Assembly: GCF_001194135.2 (NCBI RefSeq)
Contig: NC_068997.1
Span: 46,224,698 to 46,288,697, forward strand
Reading direction: 5' to 3'
DNA length: 64,000 nt
DNA from: Octopus bimaculoides
Lineage: Eukaryota
Part shown: positions 50,592 to 64,000 of the stretch, piece by piece
Numbering within the stretch: position 1 is the stretch's first letter
How the letters are laid out: each line of letters starts with the position of its first letter
The notes under the pieces: generated by a model
Told to the model about the DNA's origin: nothing
What the model saw: only the letters and a program-made list of their open reading frames with translations
The model's database searches: none
Program-made: the position numbers and the translations under genes

Positions 50592-51175
50592 TTGTATAAT
50601 TCGTATGTGTGTACTTCTGGCAATATACGTATGTCACCCTCACATACAAATACGTGTCTGTATAATGTTAACCTAATATCAAAATGTCAGTCATTTAGTG
50701 AGTTTAAAGTTCTGCAAAAAGAAAAAAAGAATGCATACCCCCCCCCTCCCATCATTAAACAAGATGCTTTATCTATTTTATCTTTTACATATTTTCCTCT
50801 TTCTCTCTTGTTTCGTTTTCCTTTTAGTTTCCGATTAAAAATACCATTCATTGCATCGATTTAGCCACCTGAGAGCGGCTAGCTGTTATCTACTACGTTC
50901 GTATTTATGTAAATATAAGAGAGAGAGAGAGGAATTTCCCTCAAGCGTATGCTACAGGTTTCATAGCTAGCAGAATGTCAGAAATAGTTATTATCCAAAC
51001 GAGGGGTAATCCGCAATCTACTCGCTGGGACAAAATACCTTAATCAAATGAAGTTCACATTGTTGTCAAGGGACCCCATGTTAACCTGCAGGAGATTTGA
51101 TCTATGGACTGCCCAAAGCTCACTAACTTCCAACACCTTGATCCTTGGACCTTATCTTCACACACACACACACAC

Positions 51176-52200
51176 TAGGCGTGTTCTAGAAGTTTTGAAA
51201 CTTTTTCAAGAGAAACATTTAATTTCAAAGCCCAAATCTCTAATCTCCTTTGAAGTAGGATCCTCTGACATCAGTGCACTTGTAACACTGCAGCCACTTC
51301 TGGGGACCTCTTGTCACAACCTCCTTCATCTTGGGGAACAACAAAAAGTCACAGGGAGCAAGGTTGGTCTGGACTGTAGGGAGGGCGAAGTACAGTTTTG
51401 ATGCCTGTCTCTGTCAAATACTTGGTTATCATGATCAAATGGTGCAGGTGCTCTGGCCTTTTGCGATGAAATCTCTTCCTAAGCTCCCTCAAAACCTCCA
51501 CAAAGTACTTCTTGTGGACCATCTGCTAAGGAGGAATCCAGTGGATGTAGATGATGCCTTTTCTGTTAAAAAAAAGTGAGATCATCATGTGATTCCTAAT
51601 GGACATGTTTTTTGGCCTCTTATGCCAGTGAAAAATATTGGGTTGTCCAGAAAGTTCGTGCCGTTTTATAGTAGCTTACCTTTCAACTTATTTGCCATGA
51701 AACCACCTCAATTCTGTTAAGAGGGTATTTTCAAGTTAAAGGAAAGATGGAGACGCATTGTGCAACAAAATGGTTCATATTTGGTTGATTAAAAATGTAA
51801 TGGCAAGTATTTATTGAGCTTTTTCTTTCCTTTAAAAATCTGCACGAACTTTCCAGACAACCCAATAGATACTTGGGTCATACAAGTTAATCCATAAGCA
51901 GTTTGGAGTATTTCATAAATTTCTGTTGCATTTCTGCCATGTTCAACACAAAACTTTATTGCATAGCAAGCTTCCAAATTATTTTCACGCCCCAATTGCA
52001 TTCTGCAAACTAGTTAGCTGTGACAAGTAGTATTTTGTAGGGTGTGTTCAAAGTGTTGTTATACCCACTTCCTCAATCCGGAATAATGAAAGTTGGCAGG
52101 TCAGCTTAGCTCAAAAGAAATGGTTTTTCTAAAATTTCAGTAGCTTGGACAGTTATAACTACCGCTCCTTAAAAAAATCTAAAAACTTCTGGAATGCACT
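51176..52200 (-). mobile_element. Decayed, internally deleted mariner transposon
   Basis: N-terminal ACYAIKFCVEHGRNATEIYEILQTAYG (HTH). C-terminal KGIIYIHWIP and KTVLRPPYSPD/LAPCDF (mariner YSPDLAP motif) with frameshifts. Confidence 0.8.
51638..51865. mobile_element. Mariner-type MITE nested in the mariner remnant
   Basis: TA|TTGGGTTGTCCAGAAAGTTCGTGC ... GCACGAACTTTCCAGACAACCCAA|TA. Confidence 0.88.
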
Positions 52201-53089
52201 GCATTTCTGTTTGTCTGTCTGTCTCTCTTTCTCCCTATCTATATACACATATACGTGTGTGTATGTATGTGTCTATCCCTCCCCACCACTTGGCAAGTGA
52301 TGGTTTGTTTACATCTGTGTAACCTAGCAGTCCAGCAAAAGAGAATAATAAAATAAGTACTGGGGTTGATTTGTTTGAGTAAAATCCTTCAAGCCAGTGC
52401 CCTATCATGGCCACAGTTGTGTGTGTGTGTGTGTGTCTATCCCCCTCCACCACTTGGCAAGTGATGGTTTGTTTACATCTGTGTGCCCCATCATGACTGA
52501 AACAAGTGTAGGATAAGAGATACTCCTTTATGTATTGTTTGTTACTTGCCATGTTTTGATACTCCTCTTCATTCTATCATTATCACTAATTGTAGTCTTA
52601 CAGTTAATTAATTGTGGCAAACTTTACTGAAATTGGAAGTTATTAATTAAATAAAATATACGCACTGCTTTATCATTTAATGCAGGGTTCTTGGCCCTTT
52701 ATTTATCTGTGGACTCCTTTGATTACTGTTTTATTCCAGTGGACCCCCATAGTCATTCGACGTTTAAAAACTAGTTTTGTAGAAACATCTTTCAAAATTC
52801 CTATTTGTTTTGTTTATCACACATTACCTTGCGTAGGTTGAACTGTGTAAAACGTTAGAGAAAGAAACCTGGCTGTTCCTTGCAATACATACATCTAAAG
52901 CAAAAATTTTTCAGGGACCCCCTTAAAACAGTATTTTGGAACCCCATTTACTATTTTGCTGCATGGATCGATCCTGGTTGAGAATCACTGATTTAATGAA
53001 TAAAATGTTATTTCTTATAGGCACAAGGCCAGATATTTTGTGGGGAAGAGAACAAACAATTGATTACATCGACCCCAGAAAGATAAAGG

Positions 53090-53265
53090 CAGTGGTGTAG
53101 CTTAAATTTGTGCTGCCTGAGGCAACCCTTGAATTTGTCGCTCCTCCACTTCTGACAGACCCCTGCATACACAGGCTTACACAGTAGACCTAAAAGTGCT
53201 TAACCCCATAAAAGCATTGCTCTGGGTGGGCCCCCTTCCCTTCCTTCACTGCTGCTATGCTATTG
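53090..53265. mobile_element. hAT (Tip100-like) MITE inserted in a family B SINE
   Basis: CAGTGGTGTAGC ... GCTATGCTATTG ends. Flanks gataaagg and gataaaaa. Confidence 0.6.
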
Positions 53266-53639
53266 GATAAAAAGCAAAAGTTAACCTTGGTGGTGTTTGC
53301 CCTGAGAATATAAAGAGTAGGGATACCCTAAAAATTCTGTCAATCTGCAAACCTCTTATACATACATTATAAACATACATGCACACTCAATTTGTATATA
53401 GGCATTTAAGCTTTATGTACTTTCCTGCTCCATATTCAGCTCTTATGATTTGTCAGTATTTCCATGAAAATTCAAACACATAATGATGTAATAAAGCAGC
53501 TAATTACTTTTGATCTGCATATCATAGGGATAGACAAACAATGAAGGAAACTCGCTGCTAATTAAATTAGTGGATTATTATTATAACTTGACAGTCATTT
53601 TTTTATTATCATATTGTTTACTTAAAACTCATTACTCAC

Positions 53640-55150
53640 CACCCATCTTAAACAATTTCCAGCCAATATTGAAGCCAATAGCATCGTTTACAATTTCGTG
53701 ATGCAGAAAAGGAATTTTTTGAAATAACCCTTCTAGATATTTGGAAGAAGGTAGGCATCCTAAATGTCCCAGATTAGTACCCATGTTTTAATTCCTTTAG
53801 ATCATGTATGTATAAAACTCCAGCACATGTCAGCCACCTTACATGATGAAATACAAGGGAGACTTTCCTTTGAATTCCTGGAACAGTTATTTCAAAAAAT
53901 TTATTTTCAACATAAATAAGATTCAGTTATTCTTGCTCGCGTCACACGTATCACCCCAGTACACTTGTTGGTTTTTTTTTTTAAGGTCCATTATATAAAT
54001 TAGTTTTGGCTTGTTCTCATTCCCACATGTTATCATAGAAAAAGCCATTTTTAAGTCAATCATAGAAACATAACTTTCAAGATATGACACAAAGATAAAA
54101 CTTCTACGTAGATACTTGAGCTGAGCTAACAAGATATTCTCTATCTGGTCATTTGTCCTGATAGAATTAACAGCCAAACCGTTTTCATATCTCACCATGT
54201 AAGACATCCACATTGTCATATTAATGTAGCCATCATGTTTCTAATTTTATCTAATTTCTTGTTGCCATTGAGCCAGAGTGTACATCACCATGCACAGCTG
54301 TTGTCAGTTATTCATTCAGCTTATGGAACAATTAATTATTCATTACACTTGATACCATCAACTATTAATTTTCAATGGCCTGTCAACAATAGAACAATTT
54401 ATCCAGTTATTATTGAAATTTTTTTAATAATAATTAACACCGTAATGTAATTGGCAGCCTCTAAGTTTCATATAACATCAGTTTCTACAATAGAGATATG
54501 AAAAAAAAGAAACAAAATCCTCATTCATCCAAACCAACATGATTATTAAATTGCGTCTGTGACAATACATCAACATGGGGTATTTCCAGATCCTTTTGCA
54601 TAACATATTTCATAATCAAAAAAGCCCACCGTAAGATAATGTGTAGATGCTACTGAATTGTTGCTGAAAGTACGCTCTGACGGTGTATCATCTGAGGCCA
54701 GTTAAAATTTTTGACCAGGCAGAAATATTATGCTCTTCAAGTAAATTCACTGTACAGTTGCCAAGGCTTCCCTATCGTTATTTGCGTATCTTGTTTCAGC
54801 TGTAAACACTATTGATAAATATAGTACATGGTAGCTATCTTGTGAAAGTATTCATGATAATAGCATTTTTACTTGAATTGATTGTTAAAGCAATCTCTTT
54901 TGTGATAGAAATCTAAACTACTGATATTGAAACTAAGCTCAGTTTATATTCCACATATGCCTTTTATTGTTGAACACTCCATGAAAATGGGACACCGAGT
55001 CTACCTATCAATGCAAGCCACAATATGTTCTCTAAATAATAATCAATGCATTTTTCATAGACATTGACAAGTCTGGGAAAAGATTTTCATTGGTTTTATT
55101 CTTTGGTAGTTTTACATCCATAATTCTCATTATTAAATGGTCCAGTGATA
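53640..55150 (-). mobile_element. Gypsy LTR-retrotransposon pol remnant (RT connection, RNase H, integrase zinc-finger region)
   Basis: Reverse strand gives AETRYANNDREALA and FDYEI..KG..IPH.DVLS-like segments across multiple stops and frameshifts. Confidence 0.6.
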
Positions 55151-58100
55151 TACCCTATTTTGTCTTCTACTATATCTTGGGCTGACCAAAGCCTAGTGGG
55201 TGGATTGGGTTGGCGGAAACTGAAAGAAGCCTGTCATATATATCTTTGTGTGTTTGTGTTTGACCCCTCTACCGTCGCTTGACAACCGTCGGTGGTGTGT
55301 TTATGTCCCCATAACTTAGCAGTTCGGCAAAAAAAAAACTGATAGAATAAGTACTAGGCTTACAAAGAATATAAGTCCTGGGGTCGATTTGTTCACCTAA
55401 AGGCTCCAGCATGGCCACAGTCAAATGACTGAAACAAATAAAAAGAAACCAAAAGAAAACCAATGCTTTAATCTTGAAAAAGAAGGGTAATGTGTCTAAT
55501 TGAGTTATTTTTCTCTTAAAATGGTAATTTTTTGCTTTAGGTGTTCAGGTTTTTAGTTTTAATTTTGATGTACTTAAGATTTTTGAACTGGCAGAACAAA
55601 AACGTTTTTGATTTTCTCTTGTGTTTTTAATGTTTCTCATTTTCTGAGTTTTGCCTTTGACTTAATTGTTTCTACCATCTTTAACCCTTTAGCTTTTAAA
55701 CTGACCGTATCCTTCCCAAATATTCTACCTGTTTTATGTTCAAGTCAGCTAGATCCTGCCTCTCACTCCTACCCTACAATGTCATTCTAAGAATAAACAA
55801 TCACATCATCATAATCTTGAAACTGCATGACAATTCATAACAATGGAAATAAATGAGCATTACATTTGGCAGATTGTTTGTCGAACTACTAAGTTATGTG
55901 GATATAAACAGATCAACATTGGTTGTCAAGCAGGTGGGGGAAGGACACTGACAGACGCATTCGTGTATGTATGTGTGTGCGTATACACCCCACCCCCCTA
56001 CATGCACAACCACTCCCACTCATGCAATGGGCTTCCATACAGTTCCTGTTTACTAAATTCACTCACAAGGTATTGGTTGGCCCAGAGTTATAGTAGAAGA
56101 CACTTGTCTGAGGTGTTGCACATAGGAATTGAACCTGAGACCATGTGGTTGGAAAATGAGCTTCATAGCCACACAACTATTCCCGTACCTGTTGGATGTG
56201 AATCTGAAAAAAAAAAATGAAAAAAATTTGCTCAATTGCTCTTTGATAATCTCCCCATTTTCTGAGACCTCCATCTGCCTTCCGCACACTCAACCATTTA
56301 AAGAGAGGCCTATTTATTCCTATGAGAAGGAACCTTTTTTTTTTTAAAAAAAAAAGACTGTCTGTCATTAATTAGTTTCTTCAACCTTTGTTATGACAGA
56401 TGGTTTAATGTGTGTTGGTAATGATCTTGCCTGAAAATAGCATGACCTGATATTTTCTTTAAAAACGTTGTTAGCTTTATAACCCCCTAAACTCACAATT
56501 TTCCTGGAATTTTAAACTCCCAGATTTATGGCAAACTATCAACATCTTGTTTCATATGGATTTTTTTTTTTTTTATTATTGCAATCCAGTAATCTTGGGT
56601 TCAGTCACACTGTGTGTCACCTTGGTTATCTGTCTTCGACTATAGCTCCTGACTGACTGATGTCTGGTGAGTGAATTTGGTAGACAGAAACTATGTACAA
56701 GCCTGTCGTATGTAGTAATGTGTGTGTTTGTCCCCCAGCACCACTTGGCATCATCTGATGTTGGTTTGTTTACCTCTCTATAGTAGTTTGACAGTAGAGT
56801 CCAACAGAATTAGTAATAGACTTTAAAAATTAGTAATAGGGTTGGCTTGTTTATCTAAACCCCTCAAGACAGTATCCCAGCATGGCCACAGTCCAACGAC
56901 TGAAACGTATAAAAGATGAAAAATTCAACAGCAACAACACCGACAGCATTAATTCCTTTATCAGTTTCCATCAAACTTTCCTAAATTTTCAATGAGTAAG
57001 TTATCAAGTTGTTTTAGTTTGAAATGGCATTTTTTTCTCTATTATTAAAAAACTCTAGTTTATTCAGATCAGTCTATAAATTCTGAAATTTTCCAGTAAT
57101 TTGACTGTTGGTGTTACTTATCGTCTTAACCCTGTCATGCCATATTGGTGCTGTGGCAGGAATAGGTTAAACGTCATCTCTGCTGGATTCCCAGTAAAGT
57201 GGTAATGAACAACACGCATAGAAAAAGATGATGTAGCTGATTCTGTTTAATTAGTCTGCCTGCAATTGTTACTCTTGAGCTGTATATATATTATATTTTG
57301 GCGTTAGGAAGGGCATCCAGCTGCAGAAACCATGCCAAAACAGATGGAACCTGAACAGCCCTTCAGCTGGTCAGCTCCTGTCAAACCGTCCAACCTATGC
57401 CAGCACGAAAAACAGACATCAAATAATGATGTAGACACACCAACATCGGTTGTCAAGCGATGGAGGGGAGACAGACACACACACACACACACACAAATAT
57501 ATCCATACATATATATATACGATGGGCTTCCTTCAGTTTCCGTCTACCAAATCCACACACAATGCTTTGGTCAGCTCGAGGTTATAGTAGAAGACACTTG
57601 CCCAAGGTGCCATGCAATCGGACTGAACCTCTAACCATGTGATTGGGAAGCAAGTTTCTTACCACACAGCCACGCCTGTGGCTGCCTCAACAAATTTTAT
57701 CTGAGTCATCAAGGAAGCATGGAAAAGTGGATGTTAAATGATTATGAAGTGGTGACATTATCAGAGATGTTGTACTGCTAAATATCATTTCCTCACTTTC
57801 CAAGGGTTTTACCATAACAGAAACTTTTTCTCAAATGATTACCATATTTGCCTTTGATGGAAACCGGTTTTATTTATCATCACAAATGTCCATTGACAAA
57901 GCAACGATGATAAGATTCTATTATTGCTGAGTCGTTAACTGAAAGGTCGTTGTTATTAAGTGATGATATCTGCACATAATCAATTTTAAAAAAGCTTCCT
58001 GACATAATGGATTAACTGTGCTTTCTGACAGTGAATTGGTAGTCACCTTAGTCTTGAACACTTGTGACCATGTAAAACACATGTAATGCAGCAATAATAT

Positions 58101-58379
58101 TAGCATTACATTCTGAGTTCAAATTCTGCTGAGGTCAGGTTTGCTTTTTATCCTTTTGGAGTCGATAGAATAAGTACCAGTTGAGCACTTAGGTTGATGT
58201 AATTGACTTACCCACTCCTCTGAAATTGCTGGCCTTGTGCCACAATTAGAAATCAATGCTAGCATAACACTGATACAACATTCTGTTGAATCTTGAGACA
58301 GTCATTATGCCAATGACAAACAAGGCACTCAATTTTATTTCACTTTATTTTTATTTGTCAATTAGTTAATCATTTAACT

Positions 58380-58676
58380 CAAAAGTTTTCAAACTTTTTG
58401 ACTTTCGGACCCCTTTATATTTCAGGCTTTACCTTAGGGACCCCCTTATAAACGCTTATGAAATTTATACATAAATATTTGCTTAAAATAACATATATTT
58501 TTACATTTATTTATTTAACAGTATTTAACAAATAGGTTTATTGTCAATTAAAAGATTTCGATTAAAAAACATATATAAAATCAAATTGCCCATAAAAAGT
58601 ATTTGCTGTCCACGGACCCCCTGTCTTGTCCTTGCAGACCCCCTGTGGTCTGCGGACAACAGTTTGAAAACCCCTG
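58380..58676. mobile_element. hAT (Charlie-like) MITE
   Basis: Right TIR gtttgaaaacccctg, degenerate left end caaaagttttcaaac, ggacccc subterminal repeats. Confidence 0.65.
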
Positions 58677-60489
58677 ATTTAACTGATTAACTAATCAGTT
58701 GTTTGATTAATCGTTCTGTTAGTCAGTCAGCCAAGTTTGTGAAAGTCCTTTTGTTGCCATTTGTAACTTCTCTGCTTCAGGTCTGCTTCTGGTTTGTCTG
58801 TCTCCATGTTTGCAGGTTCTATATTTATATAGATGTGAGGGAGAAAGGGAAAATGTATGTGAATGTGCATCTGTATGTGTGCATGCACTGGTGAATTTGT
58901 GTGGCATAATGGATTCTGTGAGTGCAGATGAGAGAGAAAATGCGTGAGCATGTGTGTCTTCATGTATGTGTATGGTGTGCGTTTCATGAGTAATGCTTGT
59001 CTTCGAGTAAAACCTTGAATATTTACTTTGATGTAGAGCAATTCATAAGTTTCTATGCCATGGGGAGAAGAATCATCTTGATGTTTCAAGACTGTCTTCT
59101 TTTATTTTTTAACAAATCTTTTTGAGGCAGTACTGAGGAATAAATGTGAGCAGAGAAGGCAAGAACCATGCAAAGAGGATGTAGATAGTATATTTGCAAA
59201 TTAAATGTGTCACTGAGCAAGCAGGGTGGAGAATATGTATATGTATGGGTAAGAGAATGGTCATGTGATGGAGGCACTGCATCAACTGTTTGGTGTCTTA
59301 TGACATGATCAAGTTTTCTTCCATAAACTTTTAATCATGTGATTAAAAAAAAAAAGTAGCAAAAAAAAAAAAAGTAAATGTATCAGACAAACATGTTTGT
59401 TTACATGTTCTCCTTTTAGTTTACTAGGATGTTTATTTTCGTCGTTTTATGTTCACTTTTCTATGCTGGTATGGGTTTGGTGGAGACTTATTGCTGCAGT
59501 ATTTTATACTGAGTGCCCTTCTCGTTGCCAACTCTTACTTGTTTTACAAGTAAGGGATTTTTTTTTCATTTCATTGACCTTCATATGTTGCAGTTGCTGA
59601 GTTACAAGAGGTATTGTTTACAAGGGATATAAACCTGATATCACTGTTTTTGCTCAGATGATGTCATGTGAAGATTACCTGGAATGCAAACGTACCCAGA
59701 TGGGCAAACTCAAAGCTTGCATCCCTGGTCGTTCCCTACCCCTGAATAATCATTCCCCACATTTGTCCTTCAGCTCTGCCTAATCTTTACAGCTGTTGCC
59801 GATCTCCCTCCTCCCAGTCCCTCATGTCTTGCTCCCCCACCCAACCACTCACACTCCTTGTTCCTTGTTCCCCGCTCACTTCTACTTGGCTCATATCTTG
59901 AGGGGCCACCTGGACACCGCATTACCACTTATTTATCTTTTTGCAGCTCTGCCTAATCATGCTTGTTCTCCCTTCTAAAATGCAAATAGTCATAAACCTG
60001 TTTTGCTCTCTCCCCACTTCTCTCCTACTTTAGTCCCTCATCTTCTAGTGTAAAGCTGCTCCTGACCTTGGGGTTCATAATCTTGCAAGCTCCATAGTGA
60101 CCTCACTAGTACTGGTGGCATGAAAACAGCACCCATTGCATAATGTCAAGTGGTTGGTGCCAGGAAGGGTTTCCTGCTATAGAAACATGGCAAAACAAAC
60201 ACTGGAGCATGATGTAGTCCTTCGACCCAGCAGATCCTATCAAACCATCTAACCAAAGGATATTAAATGATGATGATAATATATATGTGTGTGTGTGTGT
60301 GTGTGTAATTCTGGCAGGATTCGAACTCAGAATTGTTATGTAAGTCACAAAAAGATGCAGCCATTATTTCATCATTTGTTTGGCTTATTAAAATCTGGTC
60401 TGCTATGTTAGATTGAATCAGATCATATCATTTGATTTAGCTTTATTTTTTCTAGTCTTGTTTATATTCCATCAACATCACTCCCTTAA

Positions 60490-60704
60490 CCCTTTCGTTA
60501 CCATATTTATTTTGAAATACTTTGTGTTTCTTTCAATTATTTTAAATAAAACAAAGAATTTAGTAAAATAACTTAGCTATCATTAAGCTAGTGTTAGGAA
60601 CATAAATTGTGACTAAGATTTGTTGGAAGATTTTAATGCAAAGCTTATGAAAACAAAACATTTCTACTACAGAGCCAGTTTCAGTTGGGTTGGTAACGAA
60701 AGGG
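60490..60704. mobile_element. Second piggyBac-like MITE family
   Basis: TTAA|CCCTTTCGTTACC ... GGTAACGAAAGGG|TTAA, perfect 13-bp TIR. Confidence 0.88.
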
Positions 60705-62959
60705 TTAATCTTGATCTCCTCAGTGATACCTAATAATTAACCAGATGTTCTCTGCTGCTTCCTCAGTCTGCTAGTTCTTATTTGCATTTGTTCCATCAGT
60801 ATCTTCTACAATCAATTCACAGAAATTTTTCATTGAGCATGCATTATATTTCTGTACCATCTCTCCTGCATACATCTGCCAACATTTTGATCCTGTCATT
60901 TGCAATGCATTCGGTTTTTGTCTATATTAAATCTGCACATAATGTAAGTCCTATACACTCACTTGTTTCATTGAAGCCCCACTTATATATGCCAAGTGTA
61001 AGAAAAGAGTGAAACAATTTACTTGCTGAAGCAGTTGTTACATGACCTTTTATCACCAACCTTGAATAAGTCATTGTGCCTTTTATTTTCATCACCAACA
61101 CCACGTTCACTTTTATCATGGTCGCATGGGTAAGATAGAATTTTGATGAGGCATATTTTCCCATAGCCAGACATGTTTTGCAGAATATTGGAAATGCTTG
61201 TCTGACAGTGATCCTCATTTACAACTATCACATGATGTCAAAACAAGGAAACACACACACACACACACACATACCTTGTTTTGGTCATTAGACTGCGTCC
61301 ATGCCGGGGCACCACCTTGAATTTGTACTTAAATGAATCCACACAAGTGCTTTTTTTAATTTTTTAACCCTGGTACTTATTCCATTGGTCTATTTTGCCA
61401 AACCACTAAGTTACAGGGATGTAAACAAACCAACACCAGTTGTCAAGTAGTGGTGGGGGACAAACACCCACATACACATAATGGGCTTCTTTCAGTTTCT
61501 GTCTACTAAATCAACTTGTTTCAATCATTTGATTGCAGCCATGCTGGAGCATCACCTTTAGTTGAGCAAATTGACCTTTGTAAGCCTAGTGCTTATTCTA
61601 TCGGTCTCTTTTGCCGAACTGCTAAGTTATGGGGACGTAAACACACCACCATCAGTTGTCAAGCGATGTTGGTGAGACACACACACACACACATATGTAT
61701 ATACATATATACAATGGGCTTCTTTCAGTTTCCGTTTACCAAATCCACTCACAAGGCTTTGGTTGGCCCCAGGCTATAGTAGAAGACACTTGCCCAAGGT
61801 GCTACGCAGTGAGAATGAACCTGGAACCACACAGCCACTCCTGCGCCTATATGATATAATATTGTTGACTTACTGGCTAGCTAAACCACATGGGTATAGC
61901 AGCATAATATGATCATTACTTGCTGTACATTTTAGATGAAACAGCAACCCGATTAATACAATTCTCAACCTGGGCAAAATCAAAACCTTGAAACCTTGAG
62001 AAAAAAATGACACACATTTGATATATTGTTACAAAAAGCAAATTGCTTAGCATTTATTCACACACACACACCCATGTATACCCATTCTCTCACACTCTCT
62101 CTCTCACTGCCGAGTGAGCTATACAAGTGAGTTTTAAAATCTCTGATGGGATTTGTTTCAGGCAATCCATGTCTGCAATGAGAGTTGCTCCCTAGTTACA
62201 TTTACTGTGCCCCAATTTATGTGTATCAGATTTTATACGTCAAGCAACACAGAAGCACAAATACAATCATTGTTAGTTATACATCTAATGACAATAGGTA
62301 TTTGTGGTTGTTTGTACCTTGTTCTTATTAAAGGTTTGTTGTTGTCCTATATTTTTGACTAATGAATAAACAACCTGCTCTAGTTTACATTATTCCAGTT
62401 CTTTTAATCACTGTACTATTAGTGGGTCTTTACTACTAGACAGATTTTTTCATGTGAAAAAAACCTTAATAATAGAAAAAAAAGTTGGGGGAAGAATTCT
62501 TCAAATTTGTTGGGAAATTTAACCTTATTGTATTTCTGTTGCAATATTCTCTCTTTGTTTCAATTAATTTTTTAAAAAATTAAGAAATTAGTAAAATAAT
62601 TTGGTCGTTATTAAGCTGGTGTTTGAAGCCTCCAATTAGCATCAAATTTTGCTGGAAGATTTTAATTTAGATCACTCTAAAACAGGATGTTTTTGTCCTG
62701 GAATCAAGATCGGTCTCAGGTGGATTGGTAACTTTTGTATCCTTGCATTTTAGATATACGATTTAACAAACTGGAAGTAAAGCAATGAATTCAAAAATAT
62801 ACTTTTGACTACTGCTACTTGAGACTCTAAATACTCTCTGTCATCTCAATGATAATGTTACTCTTTATAATAGCCCAAAGAGTCCATCTGTTAATTACCC
62901 AGTGGTGTTAATGTCTATCACCACAACATTTCCCCTTTTGAGATTGACTTCTGTTGGAA

Positions 62960-63100
62960 GGAAATAAATTTTTTTTTCTTCACCTTTTTAACATGCTCGG
63001 TATGCTGACCACGAGATTCACTTTTTATGAGTATGTCATCAATGTAAGCTATAGCGAAATTGGAATCTGTGAGCATAGTGTCCATAACTATTGTGGCTTT
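62960..63100 (-). mobile_element. Gypsy reverse transcriptase core fragment
   Basis: VMDTMLTDSNFAIAYIDDILIKSESRGQHTEHVKKV (YxDD motif). Confidence 0.8.
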
Positions 63101-64000
63101 GGTCTGTTAATATAGCAGTTGAACTTTGGTGTTTGTTTTTGTGTTGTTGTTGTTTAGCCCTAACTTAGTGCTGGTGTAGCAGACATGTGTTCAAAGTATA
63201 CCAGCTTTTATTTGAAGCTTAAGTTGTGTCACACTTTATGACCATAGGGAATAAAATTTCATTGTGACTTACTGAATTATAAATGCATTACTCAATGAGT
63301 CCTACTAAAATCTAAATCTGGCTTAATGTGTTAATCCAAGTAATGTTATCAAATTATGACCTACTAGGTCATGTAATTTTTATTTTCATTTACCCTTTTC
63401 ATACCAAACTGCCCCTGGTTCTATGGTATAAACTCTGTTTTAAAGTGGTTTGAATTAAAACCTCCCATTAAAATTTCATGTTTAATTTATTTCAAGCATC
63501 AGCTTAATAACGAGATAATTATTTTACTATCTATTCTTCATTATTTTCCAAATAAAGCAAAAGAAAAACATGTAATTTAACAGGAATATGGTGACATAAG
63601 GGTTAACTAGGGTACAAACCCTGTGAGTGAATTTGTGAGATGGAAATTGAAAGAAGCCCATTTTGTGTGTGCGTGTGTGTACCTTGTCTTGATAGTGTGT
63701 GATTGTTGCAAGTCCCTGTCATACAAGTGATGTTTGTTTCTGGTCTTCTGTTAAAAATATGTCTTGTCATGTGAAATACTATCTTGCTTGCTTGCTTTGG
63801 AAATGGTGAGGGTTGGCAACAGGAAAAACATCCAGCCAAAGAAACCATGCCTCAACAAATTCCATCCAACCCATGCAGGCATGAAAAAGTGGACATCGAA
63901 TAATGATGAAGTAAGGATGGTCAGTTTTTCCTCTATGTTTGGTGGCTATGATGAAGAGAAATAGTTTGGGGGATGAGATTAATAAGATTGAGGATAAGGA

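Noticed and set aside
58770-58860. cttcag|VCFWFVCLHVCRFYIYIDVREKGK as possible LMBR1 exon 2
   Set aside because: Only superficial similarity to ICFLLFAILYVVSYFIITRYKRK, no hydrophobic helix pattern, and the donor phase does not match expectation.

Overview
AT-rich, repeat-dense animal genomic DNA from a draft assembly with about ten larger N-gaps. The SINE and microsatellite landscape suggests an octopod cephalopod (inference). Three protein-coding genes were reconstructed by hand from GT-AG junctions and reading-frame continuity. (1) Minus strand, 341-7847: the first five exons of a secreted protein with a signal peptide, a redoxin-like N-terminal motif and a PA domain; it runs off the left edge. 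(2) Minus strand, 16944-33056: a complete 13-coding-exon methionine synthase reductase (MTRR, 748 aa). (3) Plus strand, 47012-47080: the first coding exon of an LMBR1/lilipod orthologue, with no second exon found. The rest is tRNA- and RTE-related SINEs, hAT/Tc1-mariner/piggyBac-type MITEs, decayed RTE, Gypsy, mariner and hAT coding remnants, and microsatellites. The most interesting signals are in MTRR and point to A-to-I editing: the genomic FMN-loop codon is AGT (Ser) where the family has Gly, an inverted ~89%-identical copy of exon 8 lies in the next intron, and several long intronic hairpins exist, two with hammerhead-like cores. These are hypotheses from sequence alone.
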